Part shown: positions 20,001 through 28,989 of the stretch, one piece after another
Position numbering within the stretch: position 1 is the stretch's first letter
Layout of the letters: every line of letters begins with the position of its first letter
IMG/VR virus record: IMGVR_UViG_3300034411_000160
Coordinates: 1-41,833 of that record
Reading direction: 5' to 3' (one strand)
Source: a virus
Taxonomy: Duplodnaviria > Caudoviricetes
Length of the DNA stretch: 41,833 bases
Made by a program: the position numbers and the translations under genes
Notes under the pieces: model-generated
What the model was told of the DNA's origin: nothing
The model's database searches: none
The model's input: the letters and a program-made list of their open reading frames with translations, nothing else

Positions 20001-23000
20001 AAACTTTACCAATGGTCAGGCTAATGGGATCTTTGGTCGAGGTACTTATGTGACCCGCCAACCTCTCAACACGGTTCAGAACAGACGCGATGAGATAATA
20101 AGCTCTGCCTCTGCTGAAAAGCGAGAGGACATAATGGAGATCGTTGACGCTCTTGAGATGACGCGATCCAAGATAAACAACGCTCGTATAGACGGCTCGG
20201 CATCGGGACAATACATCGACAAGCTATACGCACTAGACGATGTACTAAGCGAAGAGCTTGCAGGAATGGGTGTAAACCTTAGAACTGAGACTAACCCAGT
20301 CTTTATACGGGACTTGGAGCCTGCCTTGTTTACGAACGAAATGACCGTTCGTAGCCCAATAGTTAAGGCCATCATCAGTCACCTTAAAGCAAGCGGCAAG
20401 CCCAGAGAAGCAGGCGAGTTGTCAGCAATACGCGGCATCTACACAGCGGAAAATATGGCCGCTGAGATAATTGGTGTCATTGGTGGCCTCCGCAAGTTTA
20501 AGAGGGTGATGAAAGATGCTGGCTTTACAAGCATCGAAGCCAACGGTGAAAAGGTCATGCTGTCTAATAGGGATGTGCGCTCCATACGGAGTGATGTCTT
20601 TGATGACGCAACGACAATCATTGGTGAGAACGCGAATACGCACTCGATAAATGGGCGTATTATGGAAGCAGCTACAGTTGGCTCACCTGTTCGCGTACTA
20701 AACCAAGCAGCTACAGAACTTGAGCAAGCGGGCGTACCAGCTCGTACACTTGAGGCTATGATCTCTGTAGCACGCGGTCGGGGTATGCCCTCAGAAGCAG
20801 CATCCGAAATACGAAAGTCCAACATCTTCAACCCAATCCGTACAAACTCTAAGATTATGGATCGGTCTGGGTTAAAAACCCTGGCTAACTTCTTCGAACC
20901 GAAAGACGGAAGTGGCGGGCACTTCGAGCGTACGAATGCACGCATGGGTAAGTTCGTTATTCCCCTCACAAAGTTACTGAAGCAGCTTCCTGATAGCAGC
21001 AATAAGCTCGTAAACTACTGGCGTACTGGCCCGCAGCTAATGGCGGAAAGCGCCATGGGTGCTATGGGCATTAATCCGAAACGTCGGATGACACAGCCAG
21101 CCAGCCACATGCGTATTATATCTGCGCTTAGAGATGAGAACAAAGCATCATCTCTGATCCCTCAAGAAGCAGAGGTTTACAATCACGTACGCGGTTACTT
21201 GGACGAAGCTACGGGTAGGTTAAAGGCATCAGGCGCTATCGTCGGAGAAATAAAACGGAACTACTTCCCGCAAGTCTGGCGCAAGGACTTGATTGAGGCT
21301 GACCCAGAAGAGTTCGTACGGCGCTTAAAGAAATACTTTCTTGCTGAACGGAATGGTGCGGGAGATGCAGCCAAGGCTGAGACTTCAGCACGCCGCGTCG
21401 TTCAGAGATTGCTTGATGAGGACGGTGTGTTCTCCAATCCCGCCCAGAACTTTAAGCGCATGTCTAACAAGGCAGGCGATCAGTCTGATCACTTGGATTA
21501 CAATCGCTTAATTAGGTTAGATGAGTTCCCAGAATTTGCGGACTTCGATACTCCTGATAGCTTGGCTGTGTTCCTAGAAAACGATGTCCTTGTTGCCATG
21601 ACAAAGTACAGTGACAACCTCGAACACCGTATCGACATAACTGAAGAGTTCGGAGTAGGTGCCCACGGGTATCACGACTACTTGTCTATCGTAGCGCAAC
21701 CGATGAATGGGGTTAAGGTCATCGGTAGCTTGCTGTCATCTAACAAGATCATAAACGCCAACTATGTACGCTCTGGTGGTACGGATCATGGGGTCAGGGA
21801 GAGTATCTTTGACAACAACTACTTCTATGCACCTATTAAAGAAAAGTTCGCAGCCGAGAGAAAGGCAGAAGAGCTTATCAATATGGCGCAGGGTGGTTCA
21901 AGCGCAGCAGAGATCGAAGCAAATATAATGGATGTCTTGGGTGAAAATCTGTCTGACAATCCAGATGCTGTCATGCTACGCAACAACTTCCGCAAGAGAG
22001 CGAAAGCTGTCGCCAGTGCGCTATCTGATACTGAAGGATTGCAGAAGGTCACGTCGAACCAGAACTTGCGCCACGCGCAAGGCTTTATGAACTCTGCGAT
22101 GCGGCGTCCTGTTGATGGGGTGCATGGTACTTACTCTATGGTTAATGCCTCCAAGTGGTTGCGCGGCGTGAATGCGGTAACGCTCCTGGGCTTCACCACA
22201 CTTACTTCCCTGGGCGACTTGGTTCTTCCGTTGATACGCACAGGAGACATCGGTGCGTACACTAAGTCACTTCGTAAGTTTGCGACTGACCCCGAGTATC
22301 GTGACATGATACGCAACATCGGTGCGGCAACTGAGAACGCAGTACATCAACGTCTAACAGTTGCGCATGGTGTAGACAGTACGCAGTTCATGACTGGGTT
22401 CTTTAACTCTACATTGCTCACTCCCTGGACAGACATGATGAGAGATGTAGCGGGTGCCGTTTCGTACGAGCACCTGAAGGCGCAGCACAGGATCTTGAGA
22501 ACCCGTCCAACATCACGGGCTGGTCGTATTGCTCGCCGCATACTTCGTGAGGAAGGTCTAGCTGAGTTCGTAGACGATCAGTCACTTGATATGGACTTGA
22601 TTATGGAAAGTCGTTTCTCAGGAAACGAGCACCCATTGGCTGACAAGCTGGCGTCGTCAACAATAAAACTGACCAACCAGATGATATTCACGCCCAACCC
22701 GAATGACATTCCGCTCTGGGCGCAGACACCTCTTGGTGCGATTGCGTTCCAGTTGAAGTCGTACCCGCTCATGATGACCCGACTGGTCAACAATGTTGCG
22801 GGTGAGGCATTCCGTGGGGATACTGTTGCGGAGCGTGGCGCAAACTTTGCCAAGGCATTCGTAGGCGCAAGTGACAATCGCCTTGGACCGTTGGCGGCTC
22901 TGCTGGTCGCTGGCCCTGCAATGGGTGGTGTGGCTGTAGGTGCCAAAGATATTGTTCAAGGACGTGGTGGCGAGGACAACAGAGAGTTTGAGCTTAGAGA

Positions 23001-23436
23001 ACGCAAGCTATCTGAGACAATAACAGGAGCCTTCGAAGACAACGAAGACATGGACATGCTGATGGGCTGGTACTTTGACGGTATGGTAGCTCTAGGCGGC
23101 ATGGGCCTGATCGGTGAGCTTATGTACGACATCGGGTCACAGACTGATAACGGTGCGTATGGAGCGCAGCGCACTCTGGAAACCATTGGAGGGCCGACTG
23201 TCGGACTATTCAATGACGCCCAGACAGTTCTTCAAGGCGGTCGCTCTTGGCTTGATGGTACGGATGCTAATGGAATGCGCCGTGCGGCTACTCGCGAAGT
23301 GGTCGGACGAGTTCCAGTTCTCGGCGGCGTATCGTGGGCGAAGGAAGCCATCGTCGATGGCATCGCAGGAGAACGCGGAGCGGGTGGTAGAAAGAAAACT
23401 TCTGGATATGGTGGAGGATTTGGAGGAGGGTACTAA
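14023..23436 (+). CDS. Giant internal virion / polyvalent protein with a zincin metallopeptidase and an ART-like region
   Basis: ~3137 aa, GGAG RBS before ATG 14023. VMHELGHW (HExxH at 17656) with downstream GELFANQFA. GIFGRGTYVT...PVFIR...GFTSI...EKVML resembles ART-PolyVal. Contains NYFPQVW and ends in GYGGGFGGGY. Confidence 0.7.
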   Translation: MSLFDKYRPGYTGDDASQTEYTNLSGSDLLRDRGFIDDLRKYYDGKGQSFSSTSEMLDDWYTDNRWKDSNFLSAGLDMLEYNNAGSDQALMARLSKAWQNAPTRGTTFERVKDYGLATIADPINFVPYAGAASKASRVAKVARAGGATKAAAAKTAMKSGAKRGALLEGSVGAGLGASFEALQQSRQQQQGLSEGYDVGRIATAGALEGVFSSAIGAPLGALASKAPAQRALEWKVGTPLGDKMNARLIELNDMERIAQSQAADDTLPTDVRDDAKNELLDIEKERSDTQAAVNRAVQMDNELDNKATAIETAKANGGDTSALQAEFQTKYNEFQTLLSSTDIDQVTRLSNADINANRTAEAQRPTEEEVKKAKETAKKAKEANASGGTKSDTDDATGDANAEAGEAEGTTETTEAGEGAGNNEAPAAEAEPIVPMDVPDTKAVNFKFTEGQKTSWLKGFGKKGATHANKVKKANEKNGTDNAPITEDDLGKIVASVENGVNKKGFLTKNGMLAIREFIAAREGRVVTRTAKKPDEASFTDPNVAAQKNAKEATAKANEPELAEVSEDADDAFFAIVEASGYYKTLRSKSVRNHFSAVLKAAADEGTPMSEDMSAAIRRRIDQLEGDVGATYTSLKSQQEVAKFKSGMSVAARNDDLKYTPKRVAEATRKVGDALAFDKYAGRVFRNYTDVATGETRTSSKLNNLFKAGYETSDGRTITEGADIFQRRNETREVARARAETDLTMGKLKGVYPFPARAGQAIQGSRVPAEEGQEVFGVLIHNEKTGSSRFYTYPTEAQALDRMGVKRAEQYKIVDDNIKGISVREEFEKLIDKAEDNFGKDGDLDKFVDEKETLKARARKGGLEVDGPEQQKVVDGQGNDVTDVQELPDVPLTRGDKILMILPKTLELKPRVMAPYQVDNGGSLARLLGKQTVENYNIGYVPREVDGKKITSATDRDKLKSLFEPLDQANDIGEQPAPKKAQEKLPEAPLDYSDAMNTVVDIKRLASTPEGKSIARRLYIGAKLVNSTNYADTLEEFMVSKPSLADMADILKDIENANFRLDIPNSTTEVPFGNRLDAITAYLHVLNKEVPLGFRLPGQDIEKSIVELRKTVGQMNNSTFAHIERMFRAIAPQNSAPAFKPISEYNLSGFVDDDVAGLYASKPLSYQEMRSIGPGSPDGDIGPDFNNIFLNSKKMDKDGTKTGISSSFVVMHELGHWAYMNLMTPEMKLEFWQSASKYYDQKGRFDGGFVSDRVEGTLLDAYSPMVRDGADVAGLTNAKQNPGELFANQFALWAHHKFDAPIAPMSFFEKATKLIQKLWKHITNRHIVDPELEPIFEKMIASKDEALRVRYTMPVEAQTKLGQSLRIRYDQVSKAVQDFEAARDGFPEMHDIEKMGLASRRLAATFQGIAMTKRDRAILASREGRATATDRALIEGYTGAFQAIKGHTKLRGFAKQINELTGSVDYAVDTVNDQIPDDGNFWENLAAMGGTSYHPDMAKDMIALWDGGLGKYAKGKLEEINEAYMNVEYGDIPEAKISDELLATRERVGLTPKMMEKIASKQKMKAATNRQRRNFKKSLEAIMSKQGKSNKEEFKGQVVKGTKGGDTSKYSLAEALAEYRRQIDVDGKPTEFGGKLANRVRHLVKTDVQDIVLTEEEQAIYNTWQSKEKVKGGGNKGKANAVQKDELALGLAFSADGETIKGLGATPEQAMNIMKNLIRTRAANRAAKKGSRESNAVEKAIIVEQAQDAGTAFENGIPPNATVKMREYLRGITHRDNQTELVSRTITARLARLGVESLPQSVDAASYGSYRKVVRTVGTNLVRGDDISGAVSFVGEALYSSHAVSHSTRNVFAKASSVLGIPQERLFADVLVEATDLTSNNPQIKAIQNIMDGEDMDFFDDFIEELDDEIMEATGYVLNGLISSLPARERFSMITAYGDMIGSASQRKGSPRARYGDSVPAEYAIDHANEIMEDYSMAGYEAVREFTGDNIVPNFTNGQANGIFGRGTYVTRQPLNTVQNRRDEIISSASAEKREDIMEIVDALEMTRSKINNARIDGSASGQYIDKLYALDDVLSEELAGMGVNLRTETNPVFIRDLEPALFTNEMTVRSPIVKAIISHLKASGKPREAGELSAIRGIYTAENMAAEIIGVIGGLRKFKRVMKDAGFTSIEANGEKVMLSNRDVRSIRSDVFDDATTIIGENANTHSINGRIMEAATVGSPVRVLNQAATELEQAGVPARTLEAMISVARGRGMPSEAASEIRKSNIFNPIRTNSKIMDRSGLKTLANFFEPKDGSGGHFERTNARMGKFVIPLTKLLKQLPDSSNKLVNYWRTGPQLMAESAMGAMGINPKRRMTQPASHMRIISALRDENKASSLIPQEAEVYNHVRGYLDEATGRLKASGAIVGEIKRNYFPQVWRKDLIEADPEEFVRRLKKYFLAERNGAGDAAKAETSARRVVQRLLDEDGVFSNPAQNFKRMSNKAGDQSDHLDYNRLIRLDEFPEFADFDTPDSLAVFLENDVLVAMTKYSDNLEHRIDITEEFGVGAHGYHDYLSIVAQPMNGVKVIGSLLSSNKIINANYVRSGGTDHGVRESIFDNNYFYAPIKEKFAAERKAEELINMAQGGSSAAEIEANIMDVLGENLSDNPDAVMLRNNFRKRAKAVASALSDTEGLQKVTSNQNLRHAQGFMNSAMRRPVDGVHGTYSMVNASKWLRGVNAVTLLGFTTLTSLGDLVLPLIRTGDIGAYTKSLRKFATDPEYRDMIRNIGAATENAVHQRLTVAHGVDSTQFMTGFFNSTLLTPWTDMMRDVAGAVSYEHLKAQHRILRTRPTSRAGRIARRILREEGLAEFVDDQSLDMDLIMESRFSGNEHPLADKLASSTIKLTNQMIFTPNPNDIPLWAQTPLGAIAFQLKSYPLMMTRLVNNVAGEAFRGDTVAERGANFAKAFVGASDNRLGPLAALLVAGPAMGGVAVGAKDIVQGRGGEDNREFELRERKLSETITGAFEDNEDMDMLMGWYFDGMVALGGMGLIGELMYDIGSQTDNGAYGAQRTLETIGGPTVGLFNDAQTVLQGGRSWLDGTDANGMRRAATREVVGRVPVLGGVSWAKEAIVDGIAGERGAGGRKKTSGYGGGFGGGY

Positions 23437-23738
23437 CCCTCCTTACTATCCATCTCTATGGCTTCCCAGCCAGTACCTACGTAGCCAGCAATATCTACCC
23501 AGCTATCCATCTTTCGTGGAGATGTCGTCATACGCGACAACTTCACGATAATCATAATCATTGCCACATGCTCTACGCGAACACGCTCCCCATCTTTCAG
23601 AATGGATCTCAGTATGACCGTAATCATTGATGCGATGTCGGAGAAGTTATCGTACGGCTCGCCGTACTCTTCGTTTCGGTCTGCGTTAATCAGGCGTTTG
23701 GCTTCATCTAGCGGAAGATCTCTGGGTTTAGATACCAC
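23433..23738 (-). CDS. DUF6378-like phage protein
   Basis: DRNEEYGEPYDNF...VAMIMIIVKLSR...DSWVDIAGY. GTG start at 23738 is likely. Confidence 0.75.
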   Translation of the reverse strand: MVSKPRDLPLDEAKRLINADRNEEYGEPYDNFSDIASMITVILRSILKDGERVRVEHVAMIMIIVKLSRMTTSPRKMDSWVDIAGYVGTGWEAIEMDSKEG

Positions 23739-23958
23739 GAAGATACCCCATCTTAACCATATCAATCTCTAGTTCTGTCGCTTTACACTTCAGCTCTACC
23801 ATGCGCTCTTTCTCGTGGCGCAACTTTGTCTTTGCCCTGTGTATGTCGTCGATATTCGTTGGGTCTAAAGCCTCAAGACGTTCGTAGATACTTTCGATCT
23901 CGGCTTCTTTTCTAATGATGCCCGTTCGGGCGTCACTAAGTTCTTTGAATTTTTCCAT
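23728..23958 (-). CDS. Small coiled-coil hypothetical protein
   Basis: 76 aa, packed within the operon. Confidence 0.55.
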   Translation of the reverse strand: MEKFKELSDARTGIIRKEAEIESIYERLEALDPTNIDDIHRAKTKLRHEKERMVELKCKATELEIDMVKMGYLRGI

Positions 23959-23963
23959 GAAAC

Positions 23964-24791
23964 TTATGCCTTCTGTGTAGGTCTGAACATTTCATACTTA
24001 TCACAGGCATCAAGTGCTTCTCGTCCCGTTAGTTTACATGTCCATCCACCATTTTTATTGGCGAAGCTGTGCTCGCAAAATTGGCAGGCGGGGCTAACGT
24101 CTGGGATATTCCAACAGCTTTCCCTCTTGAAGCACGACTTGCAACGCCAGTCTTCGGGTGCCGCTGAGACGCGCACCGCCTGCCCATCAAGTGCAGCCTG
24201 TATCTTTACGTACATTGTGTCCCATTCTTCTTGGTCGAATGAAACGATCTCGGCGTGATATTGAGAGTTGTTTTTGTTGTACGCAACGAACAGACTACGC
24301 TCGATCCTAAACATCGCCATCATCATTTGCATCTGGCGATAGTATCTTCTGTGAGACGACTTGACCCCTGTGGTCTGGAACTTCTTGAAGTTCGCATCAT
24401 TCATGGATTTGATCTCAAGAATAGCTTGACCCGATCCATCTTCGAAGTCCACTAGCCCATCAGAGTGACAGGATACGTGACCGTTAAGCCACTCCCTGCG
24501 ATGCTGACGACCAGTCATGTCGTCTTTTTCGTACACCCTCAAGTCTGCACGTTTCTTCAGATCGAATACGACCCAATCCTCGATGCGGTGCCCTGCAAAG
24601 AAGATACGTTTTAGCTGTGGGTCTGGGGCTACATCAGGGAACCCGCGAAGAGACAGGGACATTTGCGCGATGCAATCTGTCCCTGCCATGGAAGCACCGA
24701 TGTAACATCGGGCCTCTCCACGACTTTCGTTGGCGTAACCCTCGTCGATGTCCGCAACTAGCTTCTTTGCTATGGGGTGTACTGGGTGCAT
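23964..24791 (-). CDS. Cas4-like / PD-(D/E)XK phage exonuclease
   Basis: YIGASMAGTDC, GHRIED, CHSDG, LEIKS, QMQMMM and a C-terminal CKSCFKRESC Fe-S-type Cys cluster. Confidence 0.8.
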   Translation of the reverse strand: MHPVHPIAKKLVADIDEGYANESRGEARCYIGASMAGTDCIAQMSLSLRGFPDVAPDPQLKRIFFAGHRIEDWVVFDLKKRADLRVYEKDDMTGRQHRREWLNGHVSCHSDGLVDFEDGSGQAILEIKSMNDANFKKFQTTGVKSSHRRYYRQMQMMMAMFRIERSLFVAYNKNNSQYHAEIVSFDQEEWDTMYVKIQAALDGQAVRVSAAPEDWRCKSCFKRESCWNIPDVSPACQFCEHSFANKNGGWTCKLTGREALDACDKYEMFRPTQKA

Positions 24792-25237
24792 TAGAATGGG
24801 ATCTCGTCGTCCAAGGGCTTCGATGCGGTTGCCTGATCCTTTTCAGCGGGTGGTGCGAAGTGATAAGAAACCTTTGCTTGGTTCTTACCGTTGTATTCTT
24901 CGTTCTTCACATTGATGCCTACAGTCTTGCCCTTAAAGAAGGCTGGGGCTGGCGCTTCTTTGCCATCATGACCAAGCGTCAAAAGAAGTTCTTTCAACTG
25001 CTTCCTGCCAACATCAGTCGCGGCAGGGGAGCCGCCGTGATATACGTATATCCACTGACGGATAGACCCGTCAGTGTTGTCGTACGAAAGAACAAGGCGA
25101 GCAGTATTTTTCGCATCATCTTTCTCTACAGCCGCGTCTGTAATCTTCACAACGTGCCGTCCCATACCCAGAATGCGGGTTGTTTTAACTTCGACACCTG
25201 ATAAATCCATGCCTTCTAAGCCCATGAAATCACTCAT
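24791..25237 (-). CDS. Single-stranded DNA-binding protein (DUF669-like)
   Basis: GRHVVKITDA, GKTVGINVKNEEYNGK and an acidic C-terminal DDEIPF tail. Adjacent to the Sak4-like gene. Confidence 0.8.
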   Translation of the reverse strand: MSDFMGLEGMDLSGVEVKTTRILGMGRHVVKITDAAVEKDDAKNTARLVLSYDNTDGSIRQWIYVYHGGSPAATDVGRKQLKELLLTLGHDGKEAPAPAFFKGKTVGINVKNEEYNGKNQAKVSYHFAPPAEKDQATASKPLDDEIPF

Positions 25238-26012
25238 TAGGTTTTTCTCCTTGGTAGTTTTTGTATTCAGCATCAGTCATATAGATGCGGCTAAGTAATT
25301 CAGTAACGTCATCAACCTCTTCGAATGCGTCGAGGCGACGGTGCGGGTCACGCACTTTCCCATGCCAACCATTTACGTTGTCGGTAATTAAGTATCGGCG
25401 GACAGAAACCTTGCCGCCCTGCTCGGACGTTTTACGCACGAGAGGGAAAACATTGTCGTAAAGGGCGGGGATAAGGCGTTGCACTTTTTTCTGCACCATC
25501 ATGGGCCAGTAGTTCGTCACGCCGTTATCGTCGTTCTCTTCGTTGGCCAGCGCAGTTATAAGAACGTGCATAGGTAGGTCACGTACCCATTTGAGAGCAA
25601 ACGTAATCTTGCGTTCGTACATGCCCCACTTCTCAAAGCCGTTGCCTGATCCAGCCATCTCAGCCTCGACATCAGAGAAGCACTTCTGAGAAAGCTCAGT
25701 CGCACTGTCTATGGCGATCCATTTGTAGTCCTGAGTTCGGAAGTCATCTGAGTTGATGTACTGCATCAGATCCTTGAATGAATACTGTCCGTCCTTTGGC
25801 TTCCGATCAAATGTCGAGAAGGGCAAGTAGTCGATGGACATATCACTAATAGATGATAGCCCACTTTCGCCACTAAGTATCAGTCCCTTACCGTACCGCT
25901 TTGCGTAGTTAGCGCATTGCGTTGTCTTGCCTGATCCGTGTGGCCCATAAACGAGGGACTTAGATGCGGACGCAACTGAAGTATCGTTGGTTTTTAGAGG
26001 TGTGATTTTCAT
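25230..26012 (-). CDS. Sak4-like (AAA_24) ssDNA-annealing ATPase
   Basis: Walker A YGPHGSGKTT, ESGLSSI and Walker B IAIDSATE. Sak4-SSB-exonuclease synteny. Confidence 0.8.
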   Translation of the reverse strand: MKITPLKTNDTSVASASKSLVYGPHGSGKTTQCANYAKRYGKGLILSGESGLSSISDMSIDYLPFSTFDRKPKDGQYSFKDLMQYINSDDFRTQDYKWIAIDSATELSQKCFSDVEAEMAGSGNGFEKWGMYERKITFALKWVRDLPMHVLITALANEENDDNGVTNYWPMMVQKKVQRLIPALYDNVFPLVRKTSEQGGKVSVRRYLITDNVNGWHGKVRDPHRRLDAFEEVDDVTELLSRIYMTDAEYKNYQGEKPNE

Positions 26013-26425
26013 GTCTGAACCTTGATTGTGGGTGAGCCGCATTCGATGGTTAGCGCTTGCTTCAGCACTTCCCTTACGTTGTCGGGGGCGGCTTCGTATT
26101 TTTTCCGATCAACGAGAAAACTTTGGTTGACGCACTCAGGAAGTCCTGCAACCTCGAATGTATCCTTCAACAACTTTTTATCCCATGACCATTTCTCGGG
26201 AACCTTGATCATCAGGGTACGCCCGTCGTCCATTTCTATGGGGTATTCGCCAGCCTCTTGAGGTAGATCACCAAGGAGTATTGCTTTAAGGTAATCCAAA
26301 GATACTTTAACTTCTTCGCTTTTCGCCAGCAAGTTAGCGTACGTGGTTGCGTTCTCACGCAATCTGTCTGCCTTGGGGTGTTGCGGTATAGGTAGTAAAG
26401 TATCTCCGAATATCATATCGTCCAT
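26009..26425 (-). CDS. Recombination-module hypothetical protein
   Basis: AAGGA RBS before ATG 26425. First gene of the leftward operon, of a type usually found next to Sak4. Confidence 0.55.
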   Translation of the reverse strand: MDDMIFGDTLLPIPQHPKADRLRENATTYANLLAKSEEVKVSLDYLKAILLGDLPQEAGEYPIEMDDGRTLMIKVPEKWSWDKKLLKDTFEVAGLPECVNQSFLVDRKKYEAAPDNVREVLKQALTIECGSPTIKVQT

Positions 26426-26479
26426 GATGTTTATCCTTGAATATTGACGATCTATTTTAAGATCAAAGGTTGTGCTGTA

Positions 26480-26496
26480 GTAGTGTATATGATACA
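26480..26496 (+). promoter_or_regulatory. Operator-like box 1 within divergent promoters
   Basis: GTAGTGTATATGATACA (core TGTAT-N3-ATACA). Overlaps leftward TTGTAA-N17-TATACA and rightward TTGTGC-N17-TACATC. Confidence 0.6.
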
Positions 26497-26528
26497 TCCT
26501 TGAGTATTACAAGAGGAAAACAAAAAAA

Positions 26529-26756
26529 ATGCACTTCGATATACAAAGATTGATCGACGATCTCGGTGGAGCACCCACCGTTGCTAAGTCGTTAGGCATC
26601 TGTAGAACCACGCCGTATGGCTGGGTACGCAGAGACTTTGTTTCCTCCACTTACCTATCAAAAATCAAAGAGGTATGGCCCATGCTTGACCTCGATCAAT
26701 ACTTCACGGAGGAACAAAACTATGGAGATACTAGACGCAGCGCTAGAGTATCTTGA
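26529..26756 (+). CDS. Cro-like HTH regulator
   Basis: IDDLGGAPTVAKSLGICRTTPYGW. First gene of the rightward replication operon, GAGGA RBS. Confidence 0.75.
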   Translation: MHFDIQRLIDDLGGAPTVAKSLGICRTTPYGWVRRDFVSSTYLSKIKEVWPMLDLDQYFTEEQNYGDTRRSARVS

Positions 26757-28650
26757 CCGAGGCTGGGCTGTCATACCGATCAGTCCAGACACTAAGAAGC
26801 CGCTCGTAAAGTGGGGCCATTATATAGACCAGAACATTATGCCGACAGAACAAGAGGCATACGAATGGTTCGATAGATGGCCCAACGCAAACATCGCGCT
26901 GCTTACTGGTGAGATGACAGGTCTTGTTGTTGTTGATTGCGATAACGAGGGAGCCGTCAAGGAAGCGGAAGGTCTTGGCTTGACGCGTACACCTGTAAGT
27001 GTGCGCACTAAGAAGGGTTGGCACTATTACTTCGAGTTCCCGAAAGGGTCTGACTGGATTAAGAATAGAGTTGGGTCCGATGGGAACAGTAAGGAGTGGC
27101 CTCGCGTTGACGGGTTAGACTTGCGCGGCAGTAAGGGTTATGTCCTTGCGCCGCCGAGCAAGAACTACGAATGGCGGGTGGCTCATGGAAACGACTTCGA
27201 TGACATCCCTACTTACTCAGCGCCGAAGCTCACTGCGGAAGTATCGAACGTCATAGACTTTAATTCCTTTCGGTTGGAAGGAATGAGTTTAGAAGACATT
27301 CATGTAGATCAACCGATCTGGAACCGAACTGAAGAACTTGTTTCTCGTATTGGTAAGCTGCCCGATGGTGGCGGCAACGGTAGAGATGATCGCCTGTACA
27401 AATACATATCGTCCTTGGCGGGTCAGGGTGAGACAGTTGATGAACTTATAGAGGGCGCTGGTCGCTTCATGGATGCGTTCTTTCAGAACCACATAGAAGA
27501 GAGCAAGGTAAGGCAGATGTGCGAACGAGCTTGGAGCACTGAAAGCTCTGGGTCAGAACTGTCAGCCAAGCCGAAGGCACCCGAAAAGCCACCATCGTAC
27601 AAGCCCATTACAACAAGCGACCTCGACGAACTACAAAGCTACGTAGACAACATGAGTTTCTTCATCGACCCGATTGCTCCAACGTCAGGTACAATCATAC
27701 AGGTCTTTGGATACTCTGGTCACGGCAAGTCAATGTTCGTTCGTAATATATTGTACGCGGCATCTTCGGGTCAGCATAGATTTGGGCCATTCGACATGAA
27801 CGAGAAGTCTCGGGTTTTGTACTTTGACTTCGAGAACAGTAGGTCGAACGTGGCTAAATTCCTAGACAGATCTAAGCGCAGCTTCGGTGACGCGGGTAAT
27901 GACTTCATGATATGGGCACCGTTCCATGATCAGCGCGACATGAACCTGATGAACGAAGCGGGTATCAAGAACTTTGAACAATGGATCAAGGCTACGAAAC
28001 CCACGCACGTTGTGATCGACACGATCCGATCAGCGTTCCCAGGTCTACAAGAAAACTCTGCCGAACAATGGGGGTACATAAATACTTTGTGCCTCAAGCT
28101 GCGAAATGCTGGGCTGTGCGTATGGTTGCTTCACCATAGCAACAAGCCAGGTGAAAGCGGTACGTCAGGTCGCGAAGCGGGTAGCTCTAACCAGTTGACC
28201 GTACTCGAAACCCAGATCAAAGTTACACAGGTCTTCTGGGATCAGGAGACAGCGGACGTAAAGGCTGGGATTTATGAGGGTAGTATCACCGCAAGCCCGT
28301 TTGTGGATATGAATGTTGCGGCAGAAGCAGAGGGCAGGCGTATAGATGTCATGATGCAGTTGCGGTACGGCAAGGTGCGTGAGTGGTCAGACGTTCACGA
28401 GCCTGTATATAATATAGCCTTCACCTCTTCGACAGAAGACGACACTGTATCTATCATGTCACCAAGGACAGCGAGGCAGCGGACCATGACCTTCGCTCAA
28501 GAATGGACAGACGCTTCTGGCGCAGTAAGGCCACCTCTCTCCGACATAGAGATAGCCAGTCGGGTGGGTCGCCCTGTGTCTACGATAGCTGAGTGGACTG
28601 AAAAGGTTAGGGCGACATCCGCCCCATCTTGGGCAGCTAACTCTCAATAA
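26722..28650 (+). CDS. Bifunctional primase-polymerase (Prim-Pol) fused to an AAA_25/RecA-like helicase
   Basis: ALEYLDRGWAVIP, NIALLTG, LVVVDCD, GWHYYF, DLRGSKGYVLAPPS, PriCT-like GRDD, Walker A GYSGHGKS, VVIDT and LHHSNK. GGAGG RBS before ATG 26722. Confidence 0.88.
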   Translation: MEILDAALEYLDRGWAVIPISPDTKKPLVKWGHYIDQNIMPTEQEAYEWFDRWPNANIALLTGEMTGLVVVDCDNEGAVKEAEGLGLTRTPVSVRTKKGWHYYFEFPKGSDWIKNRVGSDGNSKEWPRVDGLDLRGSKGYVLAPPSKNYEWRVAHGNDFDDIPTYSAPKLTAEVSNVIDFNSFRLEGMSLEDIHVDQPIWNRTEELVSRIGKLPDGGGNGRDDRLYKYISSLAGQGETVDELIEGAGRFMDAFFQNHIEESKVRQMCERAWSTESSGSELSAKPKAPEKPPSYKPITTSDLDELQSYVDNMSFFIDPIAPTSGTIIQVFGYSGHGKSMFVRNILYAASSGQHRFGPFDMNEKSRVLYFDFENSRSNVAKFLDRSKRSFGDAGNDFMIWAPFHDQRDMNLMNEAGIKNFEQWIKATKPTHVVIDTIRSAFPGLQENSAEQWGYINTLCLKLRNAGLCVWLLHHSNKPGESGTSGREAGSSNQLTVLETQIKVTQVFWDQETADVKAGIYEGSITASPFVDMNVAAEAEGRRIDVMMQLRYGKVREWSDVHEPVYNIAFTSSTEDDTVSIMSPRTARQRTMTFAQEWTDASGAVRPPLSDIEIASRVGRPVSTIAEWTEKVRATSAPSWAANSQ

Positions 28651-28689
28651 AAAAATCCCTCGACGTAGTTGATACCTAGCGTCGAGGGA
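28649..28689. terminator. Strong hairpin, possibly a bidirectional terminator
   Basis: TCCCTCGACG (28656-28665) pairs with CGTCGAGGGA (28680-28689). The preceding A-run gives a U-tract on the minus strand. Confidence 0.7.
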
Positions 28690-28989
28690 GTTTAGTCTGG
28701 GAGAAAAACAGTATGTATAGTAAACACCTAAAGTTTAGCACTGAGACCAAAAAGTTTGCAACAAAAATCTAAATTATTTTTCGCTTAAATACCGAAAAGA
28801 CTTTCGTACATTTGTTCGTACCCGAGGCGATAAAATCGCTGCTCTCTTTGTCTTTGTCCTGCTCTCATACGAAGTAATACATTACTTCGTATTCGCTTGC
28901 AGTCGCCTACATCGCTTGCGATTTTATCGTCTTTGTCGGAAATGTCAATACATACGCATATATTTTTTACCACCTAAAGTTTACAGTAA

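Noticed and set aside
14023-23436. Giant protein as a virion RNA polymerase (N4- or crAss-like)
   Set aside because: The size fits, but DGDLD (~16540) lacks the DFDxD context and MITAYG lacks the RxxxK of motif B. No coherent set of polymerase motifs was seen. A structure search would settle it.
23964-24791. CRISPR-Cas system (Cas4-like gene)
   Set aside because: No cas1/cas2 and no repeat-spacer array. Its context is the Sak4-SSB recombination module.
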